Assembly (NCBI GenBank): GCA_041661045.1
Contig: JBAZVE010000001.1
Location: 90,001-122,000 of the forward strand
DNA: 32,000 bases
Reading direction: 5' to 3'
DNA from: Candidatus Saccharimonadota bacterium
GTDB lineage: Bacteria; Patescibacteriota; Gracilibacteria; UBA1369; 2-02-FULL-48-14
Shown piece by piece: positions 22,642 through 31,340 of the stretch; position 1 is the first letter of the stretch, and every line of letters begins with the position of its first letter. The notes beneath the pieces are model-generated. The model was given only the letters and a program-made list of their open reading frames with translations, had not been told where the DNA came from and ran no database searches. The translations under genes and the position numbers were made by a program.

Positions 22642-25068
22642 ATGCAGTCTTACAATGCGCTTGAGGTAGAAAAAAAATGGCAGGCAAAGTGGCGTGAAAG
22701 CGGCTTACATAAGGCGAATTTGGCGAGTCCGGAAAAGGAGAAATACTACAATCTGACCATGTTCCCCTACCCCAGCGGCGACAAGCTGCACATTGGGCAT
22801 TGGTACAATTACGGACCCGTGGACACCTGGGGGCGGTACATGAAAATGAAGGGCTACGAAGTGTTTCAACCGATGGGTTTTGACTCTTTTGGGCTTCCTG
22901 CGGAAAATTATGCCATCAAAACAGGTGTGCATCCGGCGGAAACCACTCGAGCGAATATCGACAAAATGAAGCAGCAGATCGGTGCGATTGGTGGGATGTA
23001 TGATTTGGAACCGGGTGGAACGGGGCTCGAAACCTCCTCTCCCGAATACTACAAGTGGACGCAGTGGCTCTTTTTGCAACTCTACAAAAATGGCTTGGCG
23101 TATAGGAAGGAAGCACCGGTGAACTGGTGCCCCGGCTGCATGACCGTGCTGGCCAATGAACAAGTGGATGAAGGGAAATGTGAACGCTGCAAAAGTGAAG
23201 TGGTGCAGAAGAATTTACGCCAGTGGTTTTTTAAGATCACCAGCTATGCAGATAAATTGCTCGATTATGAGGGGCTTGAATGGCCTGAAAAAACGGTTTT
23301 GATGCAAAAACATTGGATTGGGCGCAAAGAGGGAATCAATATCACCTATAAAATAAAGAGCTTGGATGAGGCGTTGACGGTGTTCACGACTCGTCCGGAA
23401 ACCAATTTTGGGGCTTCGTTTGTGGTGATTTCGCCGGAGCATCCACAAACTTTGGCGATTTGTGCTCCGGAGCAGAAAGCGGCGGTTGTGGCTTATTTGG
23501 AGGAAACGAAGAAGAAGTCCGAGCTGGATCGGCAGATGGAGGGACGAAAAAAAACCGGTGTGTTTACTGGAGCGTACGCCATCAACGAACTGACCGGCTA
23601 TGAGATGCCGGTTTACACCGCCGATTATGCACTCATGGGATTTGGAACCGGAGTGGTTGTGGGAGTGCCCGGGCATGATTTACGAGATTTTGAGTTTGCG
23701 GAGGCCATGGGAAATATCGAGATCATCCGCGTGATTAAAGGCCCACATGGAGAAATGGGACCGATCACCTGCAAGGAAGAAGTTCAGGAAGATGAAGGGG
23801 AAATCATCAACTCAGAGATTTTGGATGGTCTCACCCCTCTGCAAGCGATTCCTAAAATGATGGATTACCTTGAATCTCGTGGCATGGGCAAACGGGTGGT
23901 GAATTTTCGGTTGAGAGATTGGCTGATTTCCAGGCAGCGCTATTGGGGTGCTCCCATCCCTATTATTTATTGTGAAAAATGTGGTGAAGTGGCGGTGCCG
24001 GATGAAGATTTGCCGGTGGTGCATCCGCATGTGGAAGATTATGTGCCCAAAGGCACTTCGCCTCTGGCCGGTTCGGAAGAATTTGTGAATGTAAAATGCC
24101 CTCGATGCAGTGCGCCGGCGAAGCGAGAAGTGGATACTATGGATACTTTTGTGTGCAGCAGTTGGTACTTTTTGCGTTATCCGGATGCCGGCAATGCACA
24201 GGAGCCGTGGAGCAAGGACCGCGTGAATCAATGGATGCCGGTGGACATGTATATTGGTGGGCCGGAGCATGCGTGCATGCATCTTTTGTACGCGCGATTT
24301 ATTCACAAGGTCATGCATGATTTGGGCTTTGTGGAAGCCAAGGAACCGTTCAAGCGACTGGTGCATCAAGGCATGGTGACCAAGGATGGGGCGAAGATGA
24401 GCAAGTCGAAGGGGAATGTGGTGAGCCCGGATGAGTTCGTGAATAAATACGGCAGTGATGTGTTCCGCATGTATTTGATGTTTATGGGGCCTTTCACTGA
24501 TGGTGGAGACTGGAACGACCGTGGCATCACCGGAGTTGCGCGATTCGTGGATCGTTTTTATAGAATGATGCAGGTGGAACAAGGGGAAGGGATGGACGAA
24601 CAGGAGCAAACTCAGCTTCGCCAAGTGGTCCACCAAACCGTGGCTCGTGCCAGTGAGGCAGTGGCGAACATGAATTTTAATGTGGCGATTGCTGCGCTGA
24701 TGGAGCTCACGAATAAAGCCTTGGAGAAGGGTCTGAATAAAGAGCAGAAGGAAATTGTGACTAAAATTTTGGCTCCGCTCGCCCCCCATTTGGCGGAAGA
24801 AGTTTGGGCTGAGTTGGGACACAAGGAAAGTGTGTTTAACGAGGAGTGGCCAAAGGCAGACCCTCAGTTTCTTGTGAAGAGCACCGTGACTTACGCCGTT
24901 CAAGTGAACGGGAAGTTGCGGGCCACCTTGGATTTGCCGATTGAAACAAGTAAAGAAGAGGCGCTCGCTACCGCTCGCGCCCACCCCAACGCCGCCAAAT
25001 TCATGCTTGGAGAAATCGTAAAAGAAATCTTCGTGCCCGGAAAGATTATTGGTTTTGTAGTGAAATAG
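22642..25068 (+). CDS. leuS: leucyl-tRNA synthetase
   Basis: 808 aa with PYPSGDKLHIGHWYNY (HIGH motif), an inserted editing-domain region and GAKMSKSKGN (KMSKS motif). Confidence 0.95.
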   Translation: MQSYNALEVEKKWQAKWRESGLHKANLASPEKEKYYNLTMFPYPSGDKLHIGHWYNYGPVDTWGRYMKMKGYEVFQPMGFDSFGLPAENYAIKTGVHPAETTRANIDKMKQQIGAIGGMYDLEPGGTGLETSSPEYYKWTQWLFLQLYKNGLAYRKEAPVNWCPGCMTVLANEQVDEGKCERCKSEVVQKNLRQWFFKITSYADKLLDYEGLEWPEKTVLMQKHWIGRKEGINITYKIKSLDEALTVFTTRPETNFGASFVVISPEHPQTLAICAPEQKAAVVAYLEETKKKSELDRQMEGRKKTGVFTGAYAINELTGYEMPVYTADYALMGFGTGVVVGVPGHDLRDFEFAEAMGNIEIIRVIKGPHGEMGPITCKEEVQEDEGEIINSEILDGLTPLQAIPKMMDYLESRGMGKRVVNFRLRDWLISRQRYWGAPIPIIYCEKCGEVAVPDEDLPVVHPHVEDYVPKGTSPLAGSEEFVNVKCPRCSAPAKREVDTMDTFVCSSWYFLRYPDAGNAQEPWSKDRVNQWMPVDMYIGGPEHACMHLLYARFIHKVMHDLGFVEAKEPFKRLVHQGMVTKDGAKMSKSKGNVVSPDEFVNKYGSDVFRMYLMFMGPFTDGGDWNDRGITGVARFVDRFYRMMQVEQGEGMDEQEQTQLRQVVHQTVARASEAVANMNFNVAIAALMELTNKALEKGLNKEQKEIVTKILAPLAPHLAEEVWAELGHKESVFNEEWPKADPQFLVKSTVTYAVQVNGKLRATLDLPIETSKEEALATARAHPNAAKFMLGEIVKEIFVPGKIIGFVVK

Positions 25069-25095
25069 GGATGCCGCTGCGGCTTTGGCTTCGAC

Positions 25096-25590
25096 TTAAT
25101 TCACCATCTCCGGATACCCTCCGGCGGCGTTCATTCGTATGACTTGCGTGTATGTACCGGTGTTTTCCGTGAGGACAATGAGTATTTCGGTGAGTGCACT
25201 GGTGCAGTTTTCATTTTCAAAACAAATGGTTCCGTCGGGTGGAAAGTAAAAGATGGCGGCGCTGCCCATGGTGGTGAGCGAAAAATCCTCGGGAAGAATC
25301 AAGGACTCCACTTCTTCCTCCTCCGTACTTCCGTGTGCTTCTAAAACCAGGCCTGTTGGATTAACGGTGAGGAGATAATATTCCGCCGGCTCAGAATCTT
25401 GCACCACCAGTTGATTGAGTGAGTAGGCGCGAGCTTTTTCAATCATTGCCGTGACATTGGCCAGCTCCCCATCGAAACGGGCTTTTAAAATGCCGCGACT
25501 GGTGCTCACGGCCACGGCGGCACTCACAATTGCAAAAATAACAATAACAATGCTGAGTTCAATGAGCGTGAAGGCGCGGGCACTTTTCAT
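25096..25590 (-). CDS. prepilin-type N-terminal domain protein (GspH/FimU-like minor pilin)
   Basis: MKSARAFTLIELSIVIVIFAIV is a class III signal with the hydrophobic helix and a Glu at +5. Confidence 0.75.
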   Translation of the reverse strand: MKSARAFTLIELSIVIVIFAIVSAAVAVSTSRGILKARFDGELANVTAMIEKARAYSLNQLVVQDSEPAEYYLLTVNPTGLVLEAHGSTEEEEVESLILPEDFSLTTMGSAAIFYFPPDGTICFENENCTSALTEILIVLTENTGTYTQVIRMNAAGGYPEMVN

Positions 25591-25618
25591 GACGCAAGTT
25601 TAGCATTATGATGGGTCC

Positions 25619-26269
25619 ATGCGCTACGCCAAAGCTGCCGGATCCTTGATTGAAGTGATTGTTGCCGTTACGGTGATTGTTTTGAGCACGGCCGCAGCGC
25701 TTTCCGTGCTGCGCAGTTCCACCGAAGGCATTGAAGTGATCAGTGAAACCACGATCGCACGGAATTTGTCGTACGAGGCCTTTGACGCGTTGCTCAATAT
25801 TCGTGACACCAACTATTTACTCTTTTCCAGCAACCCGGATGGGTGTTGGGACAAGCTCGATGCCACGGATGTGACGCTTTGTGACACCGCCAATGCCATT
25901 ACGGCGGGCAGAAATTATTATTTGGAGCGGGACTTGATGGGAGCCTCTCTTTTAAAGTGGCACCTTCTGGAAATTGAAACGGTGAATTCCAATGAAGGTT
26001 ATTTGGATTTGGTCACTGTTGATTTGGATGAGGATGGCACCATGGACACCCAACTTTATGCGCAAACCGGAGCCACCATCGTGGGCGATATGCTTTCTAT
26101 TCAGGAGGACCATGTTGGGATTTTTAAGCGGACCATTCATATCGATAGCGTGAGTACGGATGAAGCCGGCGTGCCAAACAGTTATGAGGCAACTGTGACT
26201 GTTTCTTGGGATCAAAATGGCATCGAAAAAAGCCTTTCTTTAACACAATCCATTGCACACATTTATTAA
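25619..26269 (+). CDS. prepilin-type N-terminal domain protein (PilV/GspI-like minor pilin)
   Basis: MRYAKAAGSLIEVIVAVTVIVL. A candidate promoter TTTTCA (25584-25589), 17 nt, TATGAT (25607-25612) would make the mRNA leaderless. Confidence 0.68.
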   Translation: MRYAKAAGSLIEVIVAVTVIVLSTAAALSVLRSSTEGIEVISETTIARNLSYEAFDALLNIRDTNYLLFSSNPDGCWDKLDATDVTLCDTANAITAGRNYYLERDLMGASLLKWHLLEIETVNSNEGYLDLVTVDLDEDGTMDTQLYAQTGATIVGDMLSIQEDHVGIFKRTIHIDSVSTDEAGVPNSYEATVTVSWDQNGIEKSLSLTQSIAHIY

Positions 26270-27254
26270 AAACCGCCGGAAGAGTGGCGCGCGCGCCGGA
26301 GCGTACACGCTGGTGGAACTGCTGATTTCCGTTAGTATTTTTGCGATGCTTGCGGTGATTTGTGTGAGTGTTTTGGTGAATAGTCTGGCTTCGGCTCGAC
26401 GACTCTACGCCCAAGTGTTTCTTTATTCCGAGGCCCAGAATTTGATGGATCACTTGGCGCGCGAAGTGGAACGGAGCGCGCTGGATTACGAGGCGTATTA
26501 TCTCCGTTATGGCAACCGTAGCCCCGAGTCCGACTGGAACGCCACCGGCTATGGACTTTATGGGCAAAGTTTTTATCATCCCGGAACCGGCAACACCACT
26601 GTCGGTGGACCTTATTCCACCATCACCGGCTACGGCATACTCTGCAGTGACGGCCTTTCCACCTACCCGGATGGCTGCCCCACCGAAACACCCATCGATG
26701 AGTATAAAGACACCAATACGGGTACTCACCCCTTCACCGGCATCGAAGACTTTTTGGGCTTTTCCACCGAACCCTCCAGCATGAATGCTTTTTGTGAACC
26801 CGGCGGCGCCATCGCCGATTGTTCCTCGCTCAAAACTGCCGTTGTGGAGGAACTTTTGCTCATCAACCGCGCGGGCACCGAACGCATGGCATTCATACAA
26901 GAACTGTCCGATTCCGGCGATGAAGAATATCAAATCTCCAGGCTTGAATTCACCGGCATCGATGACGATTCCGATGGCATTGTGGAGAGCTGGACTCCCG
27001 ATCCTAGCGGTTTTATGCCCCTCACCCCCCCTTCCCTCACCATTGAGCGGTTTCATGTCTTCGTTTCCCCTGTCGAAGACCCCTACCGTGCCTTTGCGGA
27101 AGTGGATATGCAGGTTCAGCCGCAAGTCACCGTTGTCTTCAACGCCACCCTCGGCAACTCTTTTTTTACCCGGCTGCTCGGCCAAACTCCCCGCATCACT
27201 CTGCAGCGAACTTTCTCCACCGGTGTGTACGGTGAGGTGAAGTCGTATGAGTAG
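26253..27254 (+). CDS. prepilin-type N-terminal domain protein (PilW/GspJ-like minor pilin)
   Basis: KSGARAGAYTLVELLISVSIFAMLAV. The start overlaps the previous gene by 17 nt. Confidence 0.7.
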   Translation: MHTFIKNRRKSGARAGAYTLVELLISVSIFAMLAVICVSVLVNSLASARRLYAQVFLYSEAQNLMDHLAREVERSALDYEAYYLRYGNRSPESDWNATGYGLYGQSFYHPGTGNTTVGGPYSTITGYGILCSDGLSTYPDGCPTETPIDEYKDTNTGTHPFTGIEDFLGFSTEPSSMNAFCEPGGAIADCSSLKTAVVEELLLINRAGTERMAFIQELSDSGDEEYQISRLEFTGIDDDSDGIVESWTPDPSGFMPLTPPSLTIERFHVFVSPVEDPYRAFAEVDMQVQPQVTVVFNATLGNSFFTRLLGQTPRITLQRTFSTGVYGEVKSYE

Positions 27255-27280
27255 CCCAAAACATTTATAAAAATCCTCGC

Positions 27281-28432
27281 ATGAAATCACCCCCTTCCAA
27301 GCATTTGCATCCCACCGCGAAGCCCGCTTACGCCCTTATTTTTGCACTGATTTTCATGACTTTTTTCATGATTGTCGTGAGTGGAGTTTCGGAGAAGCTG
27401 AGGGAAAGCTTGGCCACGCAAAGGGATCAGCTCACCCCCATGAAAGCGGAGGCCGCCGCGAAGTCCGCCGCAGACCTGGGTCAACTGGCGATGAAAGAAT
27501 ATGAACCCGGCTACAATATTCCTCTCACAGAAGAGGAATTTGCCAAAGATACCGATGGAGATGGCACCATAGATACTTATGGCAATTTCCAGGTCTACGC
27601 CACCGCTCAGGAAAACGACGGCGACTGGTACACCCCCATCCCCGGCACCGGCTCCGCCGGAGACAGCGACCTATGTCGCACTTCGGACGCAGACCACGAT
27701 GGAGACTTTGAGATTGATAAATCCATAGACCACCCTTGCAACTGGAACCGCCTGGCCTACGGAGACACCGCCATCATCCCCCTTTTCGCCTCCGATGGCC
27801 TCACCACAGACGGCACCCTAAACCCCGCTGCCCTGGACCTCAGCCGCTTCACCCTCCGCCTGCGCACTCCTTGCACCAACGGCAGCCTGGTGGACCCCGA
27901 CTGCGCCCGCCCCGATCTCGATGATGGCGACGGCTCCCTCGAACAAGACTCCTCCCTCGTCTTCTGGCAAATCCTCGGCGAAAAAGCTGACGGAACAAGT
28001 TTGGTGGTGATTCCGAATGATGCGAAGGTCTCCGATGCTCGTACAGGAGAGTCGATTCGAAATAGTAGCCTCAACACCGAAATCTACGAATCTTTGGTAA
28101 ACGATCATATCTTTTCCATGGATTATGAGGTTTTCACCCTCAGTGATTCCATAAACGAAGACATTCACGCTCTCATCCTGGACGAAGGTATCGAGAGAGT
28201 TGCCCTCCAACTGAATATTGTAACCCCGCTTAAGAATGATGAAGATGGCAGCAGCATCCCCTATCTGGAATGGCAAACCGTGAGCAATTCCCTTAATCCC
28301 ATTGCGGACAATAAATCCATCCTTTGGGCGGAAGGCTGGTCTGATGGGATGGGAGGTTCGTACTATTTCTCCAGAAAAATCGTTCGGGACACAATAGGTG
28401 CCGGAAGAAATGTCTACACTCTGTCCAACTGA
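27281..28432 (+). CDS. PilX/GspK-like pilus-associated protein with two DxDxDG calcium-loop motifs
   Basis: The N-terminal AKPAYALIFALIFMTFFMIVV is PilX_N-like and lacks the +5 Glu. DTDGDGTID lies at nt 27548-27574 and DADHDGDFE at nt 27686-27712. Confidence 0.55.
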   Translation: MKSPPSKHLHPTAKPAYALIFALIFMTFFMIVVSGVSEKLRESLATQRDQLTPMKAEAAAKSAADLGQLAMKEYEPGYNIPLTEEEFAKDTDGDGTIDTYGNFQVYATAQENDGDWYTPIPGTGSAGDSDLCRTSDADHDGDFEIDKSIDHPCNWNRLAYGDTAIIPLFASDGLTTDGTLNPAALDLSRFTLRLRTPCTNGSLVDPDCARPDLDDGDGSLEQDSSLVFWQILGEKADGTSLVVIPNDAKVSDARTGESIRNSSLNTEIYESLVNDHIFSMDYEVFTLSDSINEDIHALILDEGIERVALQLNIVTPLKNDEDGSSIPYLEWQTVSNSLNPIADNKSILWAEGWSDGMGGSYYFSRKIVRDTIGAGRNVYTLSN

Positions 28433-28497
28433 TTTTCCACAGAGTGCTTGACTTTTTACTCCTTTTATGGGACATTTATGTTGTCTAATTGTCTATT

Positions 28498-30492
28498 ATG
28501 ACTACTCCTGACAACAATCTGATTCCGGAACAGGATGGTGGTAGCGGTTCACGAGCCGCGACTCCTTCGAGTGGAGGTTCTGCTTCGAAGGCTATCCTTT
28601 TGGCTGCGACTATTGCTGCTGGAGGAGGTGTAGCACGAGCTATTGAACCTGTAGAAGGCGGCGCAGAAAGCACCTGGGTGGACATGGGACCGGATAATCT
28701 GGCGAATGAACCTGGAACGGCAATCACATGTTTTGGTGGAGACCCTGATGGCGCTCATATAAGAGACGAATATGACTTCAGTGAAGCTAGGTGGACGAAT
28801 CTGTATCATGATGGGAGTGCAAGTGGTGTTCATATGGATACTTTGGATGGATTGGTGGAAGAATATGATTCGACCATCGATATGCAGATCCCCTGTGTCA
28901 GTGACTTAGATCCGGAACGAGATCTGATCCTTTTTCAGAATCCAGGTGGAGAAGATTTCGTGGTTGAAGGTTTCTTGAGTACAGGAGCTGTGACTGGCAT
29001 AACTTATTTGGAGGGTGGTGCTTTCTCCTCGGGAGGCACAGAAGATGGCCGCTATATTATGCCACGAGACCCTGGTACTCCTGGTTCTTCGATCAACTTG
29101 TCCGAATTCTCTCCAGAGGGGGATCCTACGGAAGTTTTCTTCGATACAGATGGGTATGACTTAGCAAGCGCAGCTGTAAGCCTGAGTACTAACAGCGTCT
29201 TTGCAGTCAGGGACACAGCTGGTGGACAGGTATATGAATATGATGGGTTTACTACTGGCTCTGGGCATGGAGAAGCACTCACAGGTATCTCTGGCAAACC
29301 TCGCTCCTGGATTGCCGCGGATCGGTCTTCTTCCGGGTACGATCAATTTGCTGTGATCAATTCGGATGGAACGGTTTCTATTGTAACCAATACTTCCACA
29401 GGTCCCGGCTTAGATGCCGATGGAGATGGCTACCCTGTAGCCGCGGATTGTAATGATGGAGATGACTCTATTCATCCCGGTGCGGCAGAGGTTTGTGATG
29501 GTGTGGACAATGACTGTAATACGCTCACCTTGGAAGATGAAGAGGATGGGGATACTTGGTACTTGGACGGTGATGGAGACACCTATGGAGATCCTGACAC
29601 AGCTGTCCGGTCCTGTACCGAGCTTGATGGTTATGTCTCCAATGGAGGCGACTGCAATGACGGTGATAGGGGTAAAAATCGTGAGGTGGATTGCGCGGCG
29701 GCAGAGGCTTGTGCCGAGGGTGGGGAATCTCCTATAGATTCTTATGGCGAAGGTGATGTGATTTGTGGGCCTGATGGAAGTTATACCTTGGTACTCGGTA
29801 CCGGGGATGATGATGCAGTGGATTATTGGGGGGATGGAATGGCCAGTGTTACTGAAGGAGATTGGATAAATTATGCAAACGAAGCAAGCGCTTTGGGCTG
29901 GTTGTTTGATGCAAGCACTTACAATGGATGGGCCGTCGAGACCTCTGGCGAATATGGAGTAGGAGGCTGGGCTTTAGGAACTATAGAGGGTAGCGTAATG
30001 GCCCCTCCGGCTGGACTCAATCCTTCCACTTTTGTTGTGGGATCCGCTTCGGCACTCGCAACGAATGGTGACGGCGTTGAGATTCCGCTCAAACCAGGAA
30101 CTCACGAGCTTGATGGATACCCGGTTGAAACGGATGGCGGTGCCAGCGATGGCGGAAGCGCGGACGGTGGAGGCGCTGACGGTGGCAGTGCGGATGATAC
30201 TGGCGGCGATGGTGGTGCAGTTGGTGATGGAGGTACGGTTGGTGATGGAGGAGCAGACGGTGGAGCTGATGGTGGTGGAACAGATACCGGTCTTGAAGAA
30301 GATGGTGGAAGTACCGATGGTGGCGCCGAAGAACCTGGTGGGTGGAGCTGTAGCGTGTACAACCCTCAGACAGGAAGTATGGTGCCTTTGGTTGTGACCG
30401 GTCTTGCCATGGCAGGACTTGTGGGACGACGAAGACAAAGTCCGAAAAAGAATGTGTCTTCCCAGCAAGCCCCTTTTAGAAAGGCGGCTTAG
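28498..30492 (+). CDS. cell-surface protein with Cys-rich putative metal-binding motifs, a Gly/Asp-rich stalk and an NPQTG sortase-type sorting signal
   Basis: DADGDGYPVAADCNDGDDSIHPGAAEVCDGVDNDCN plus a second degenerate copy. A Gly/Asp-rich DGG(S/G)AD-type low-complexity tract follows. The C-terminus is NPQTG, then the hydrophobic segment SMVPLVVTGLAMAGLVG, then RRRQSPKK. The first ATG is at 28498, whereas the ORF track uses TTG at 28489. Confidence 0.75.
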   Translation: MTTPDNNLIPEQDGGSGSRAATPSSGGSASKAILLAATIAAGGGVARAIEPVEGGAESTWVDMGPDNLANEPGTAITCFGGDPDGAHIRDEYDFSEARWTNLYHDGSASGVHMDTLDGLVEEYDSTIDMQIPCVSDLDPERDLILFQNPGGEDFVVEGFLSTGAVTGITYLEGGAFSSGGTEDGRYIMPRDPGTPGSSINLSEFSPEGDPTEVFFDTDGYDLASAAVSLSTNSVFAVRDTAGGQVYEYDGFTTGSGHGEALTGISGKPRSWIAADRSSSGYDQFAVINSDGTVSIVTNTSTGPGLDADGDGYPVAADCNDGDDSIHPGAAEVCDGVDNDCNTLTLEDEEDGDTWYLDGDGDTYGDPDTAVRSCTELDGYVSNGGDCNDGDRGKNREVDCAAAEACAEGGESPIDSYGEGDVICGPDGSYTLVLGTGDDDAVDYWGDGMASVTEGDWINYANEASALGWLFDASTYNGWAVETSGEYGVGGWALGTIEGSVMAPPAGLNPSTFVVGSASALATNGDGVEIPLKPGTHELDGYPVETDGGASDGGSADGGGADGGSADDTGGDGGAVGDGGTVGDGGADGGADGGGTDTGLEEDGGSTDGGAEEPGGWSCSVYNPQTGSMVPLVVTGLAMAGLVGRRRQSPKKNVSSQQAPFRKAA

Positions 30493-30702
30493 TCGAAAAT
30501 ATGGCCTAATGTATCGCTCAAAGATGAGTTTGTCATACTCATCCAAAATGAGCAGATCGCCAAAGCTCAACGAGTGGTTTTTGAGAATGCCTCTAAAGTG
30601 TAGCTTCTTCTCTAAACCACAAACTGTCATCCAATCCTGACGACAGTAAATGGGCCAAGAACCTGGACAAAGACGGGGGGGGAGAGAATAGTGTAGGCAA
30701 TT

Positions 30703-31323
30703 ATGAAAATACCCATTCACAAGATAAGTGCTCTCCTCCTCCTTCACCTGATGGCTTTTGGTTTGGGCGTCAGCAGTGCTTCTGCTTATGATCTATATGG
30801 TTATCAGTGGGACAGTAGCTCAGTGTCTTATTATATCAATAGTGCTTTTGCGAGTAGTTTTAAAACTGCGATGAAGACTTCTGATGCAAGTTGGGACGCC
30901 GCAGGTGCGGATTTTAGCTTTAGTTATGCTGGGACTACGAGTTCAAATCCAAATGTTTTTTCTGGATATACTTCAGATTCCAGAAGTTCGATTGGTTATT
31001 ACAATGATGGATCTACGGGAGATGTGGCAGGTACTTGGGGCTTTACATCAGGTAGCTCCTTGACCGAAATAGATACCACCTTTAATACTTATTATGGGTT
31101 CACAACTATAGGAACTTCCGGCCAGTATGATGTGCAAAATACTATGACCCATGAATTTGGCCACTGGCTCATGCTAGATGATCTTACTTATAATGGAAGC
31201 CCGTCCTATTGTGCCTCTTCAGCGATGTCTACTATGTGTGGTCGCACTTATCCTGGAAACACCTATCAAAGGTCACTCAGAACCGATGATAAAAATGGTA
31301 TCAAGGCTATTTATGGGACTTGA
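30703..31323 (+). CDS. secreted zinc metalloprotease, metzincin-like (HExxHxxxxxD)
   Basis: Signal peptide ALLLLHLMAFGLGVSSASA, zinc site MTHEFGHWLMLDD and a downstream Met-turn candidate STMCG. Confidence 0.72.
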   Translation: MKIPIHKISALLLLHLMAFGLGVSSASAYDLYGYQWDSSSVSYYINSAFASSFKTAMKTSDASWDAAGADFSFSYAGTTSSNPNVFSGYTSDSRSSIGYYNDGSTGDVAGTWGFTSGSSLTEIDTTFNTYYGFTTIGTSGQYDVQNTMTHEFGHWLMLDDLTYNGSPSYCASSAMSTMCGRTYPGNTYQRSLRTDDKNGIKAIYGT

Positions 31324-31340
31324 TTTATAACTTATAAAAT

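Noticed and set aside
23812-24984. 390-aa ORF antisense to leuS
   Set aside because: It lies entirely within and opposite the clearly identified leuS gene. Its product is His/Arg/Phe-rich with no motif, which is typical of a stop-poor antisense frame.
26124-27290. 388-aa ORF antisense to the PilW-like gene
   Set aside because: The plus-strand ORF has a textbook prepilin N-terminus and fits the operon. The antisense product is Gly/Ala/Arg-rich and low-complexity, with no start context.
28478-28501. Seven-codon upstream ORF (ATG TTG TCT AAT TGT CTA TTA TGA) whose stop overlaps the ATG of the surface-protein gene
   Set aside because: It is too short to distinguish from chance and there is no supporting promoter or conservation evidence. 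It is noted only as a possible leader peptide.
30130-30340. Imperfect short tandem DNA repeats considered as a CRISPR or satellite array
   Set aside because: They are in frame within a long ORF and encode the Gly/Asp-rich stalk. There is no repeat-spacer organisation.
29974-30747. 257-aa minus-strand ORF spanning the end of the surface-protein gene and the start of the metalloprotease gene
   Set aside because: Most of it is the antisense frame of the Gly/Asp-rich repeat region, which lacks stops by composition. It also overlaps two better-supported genes.
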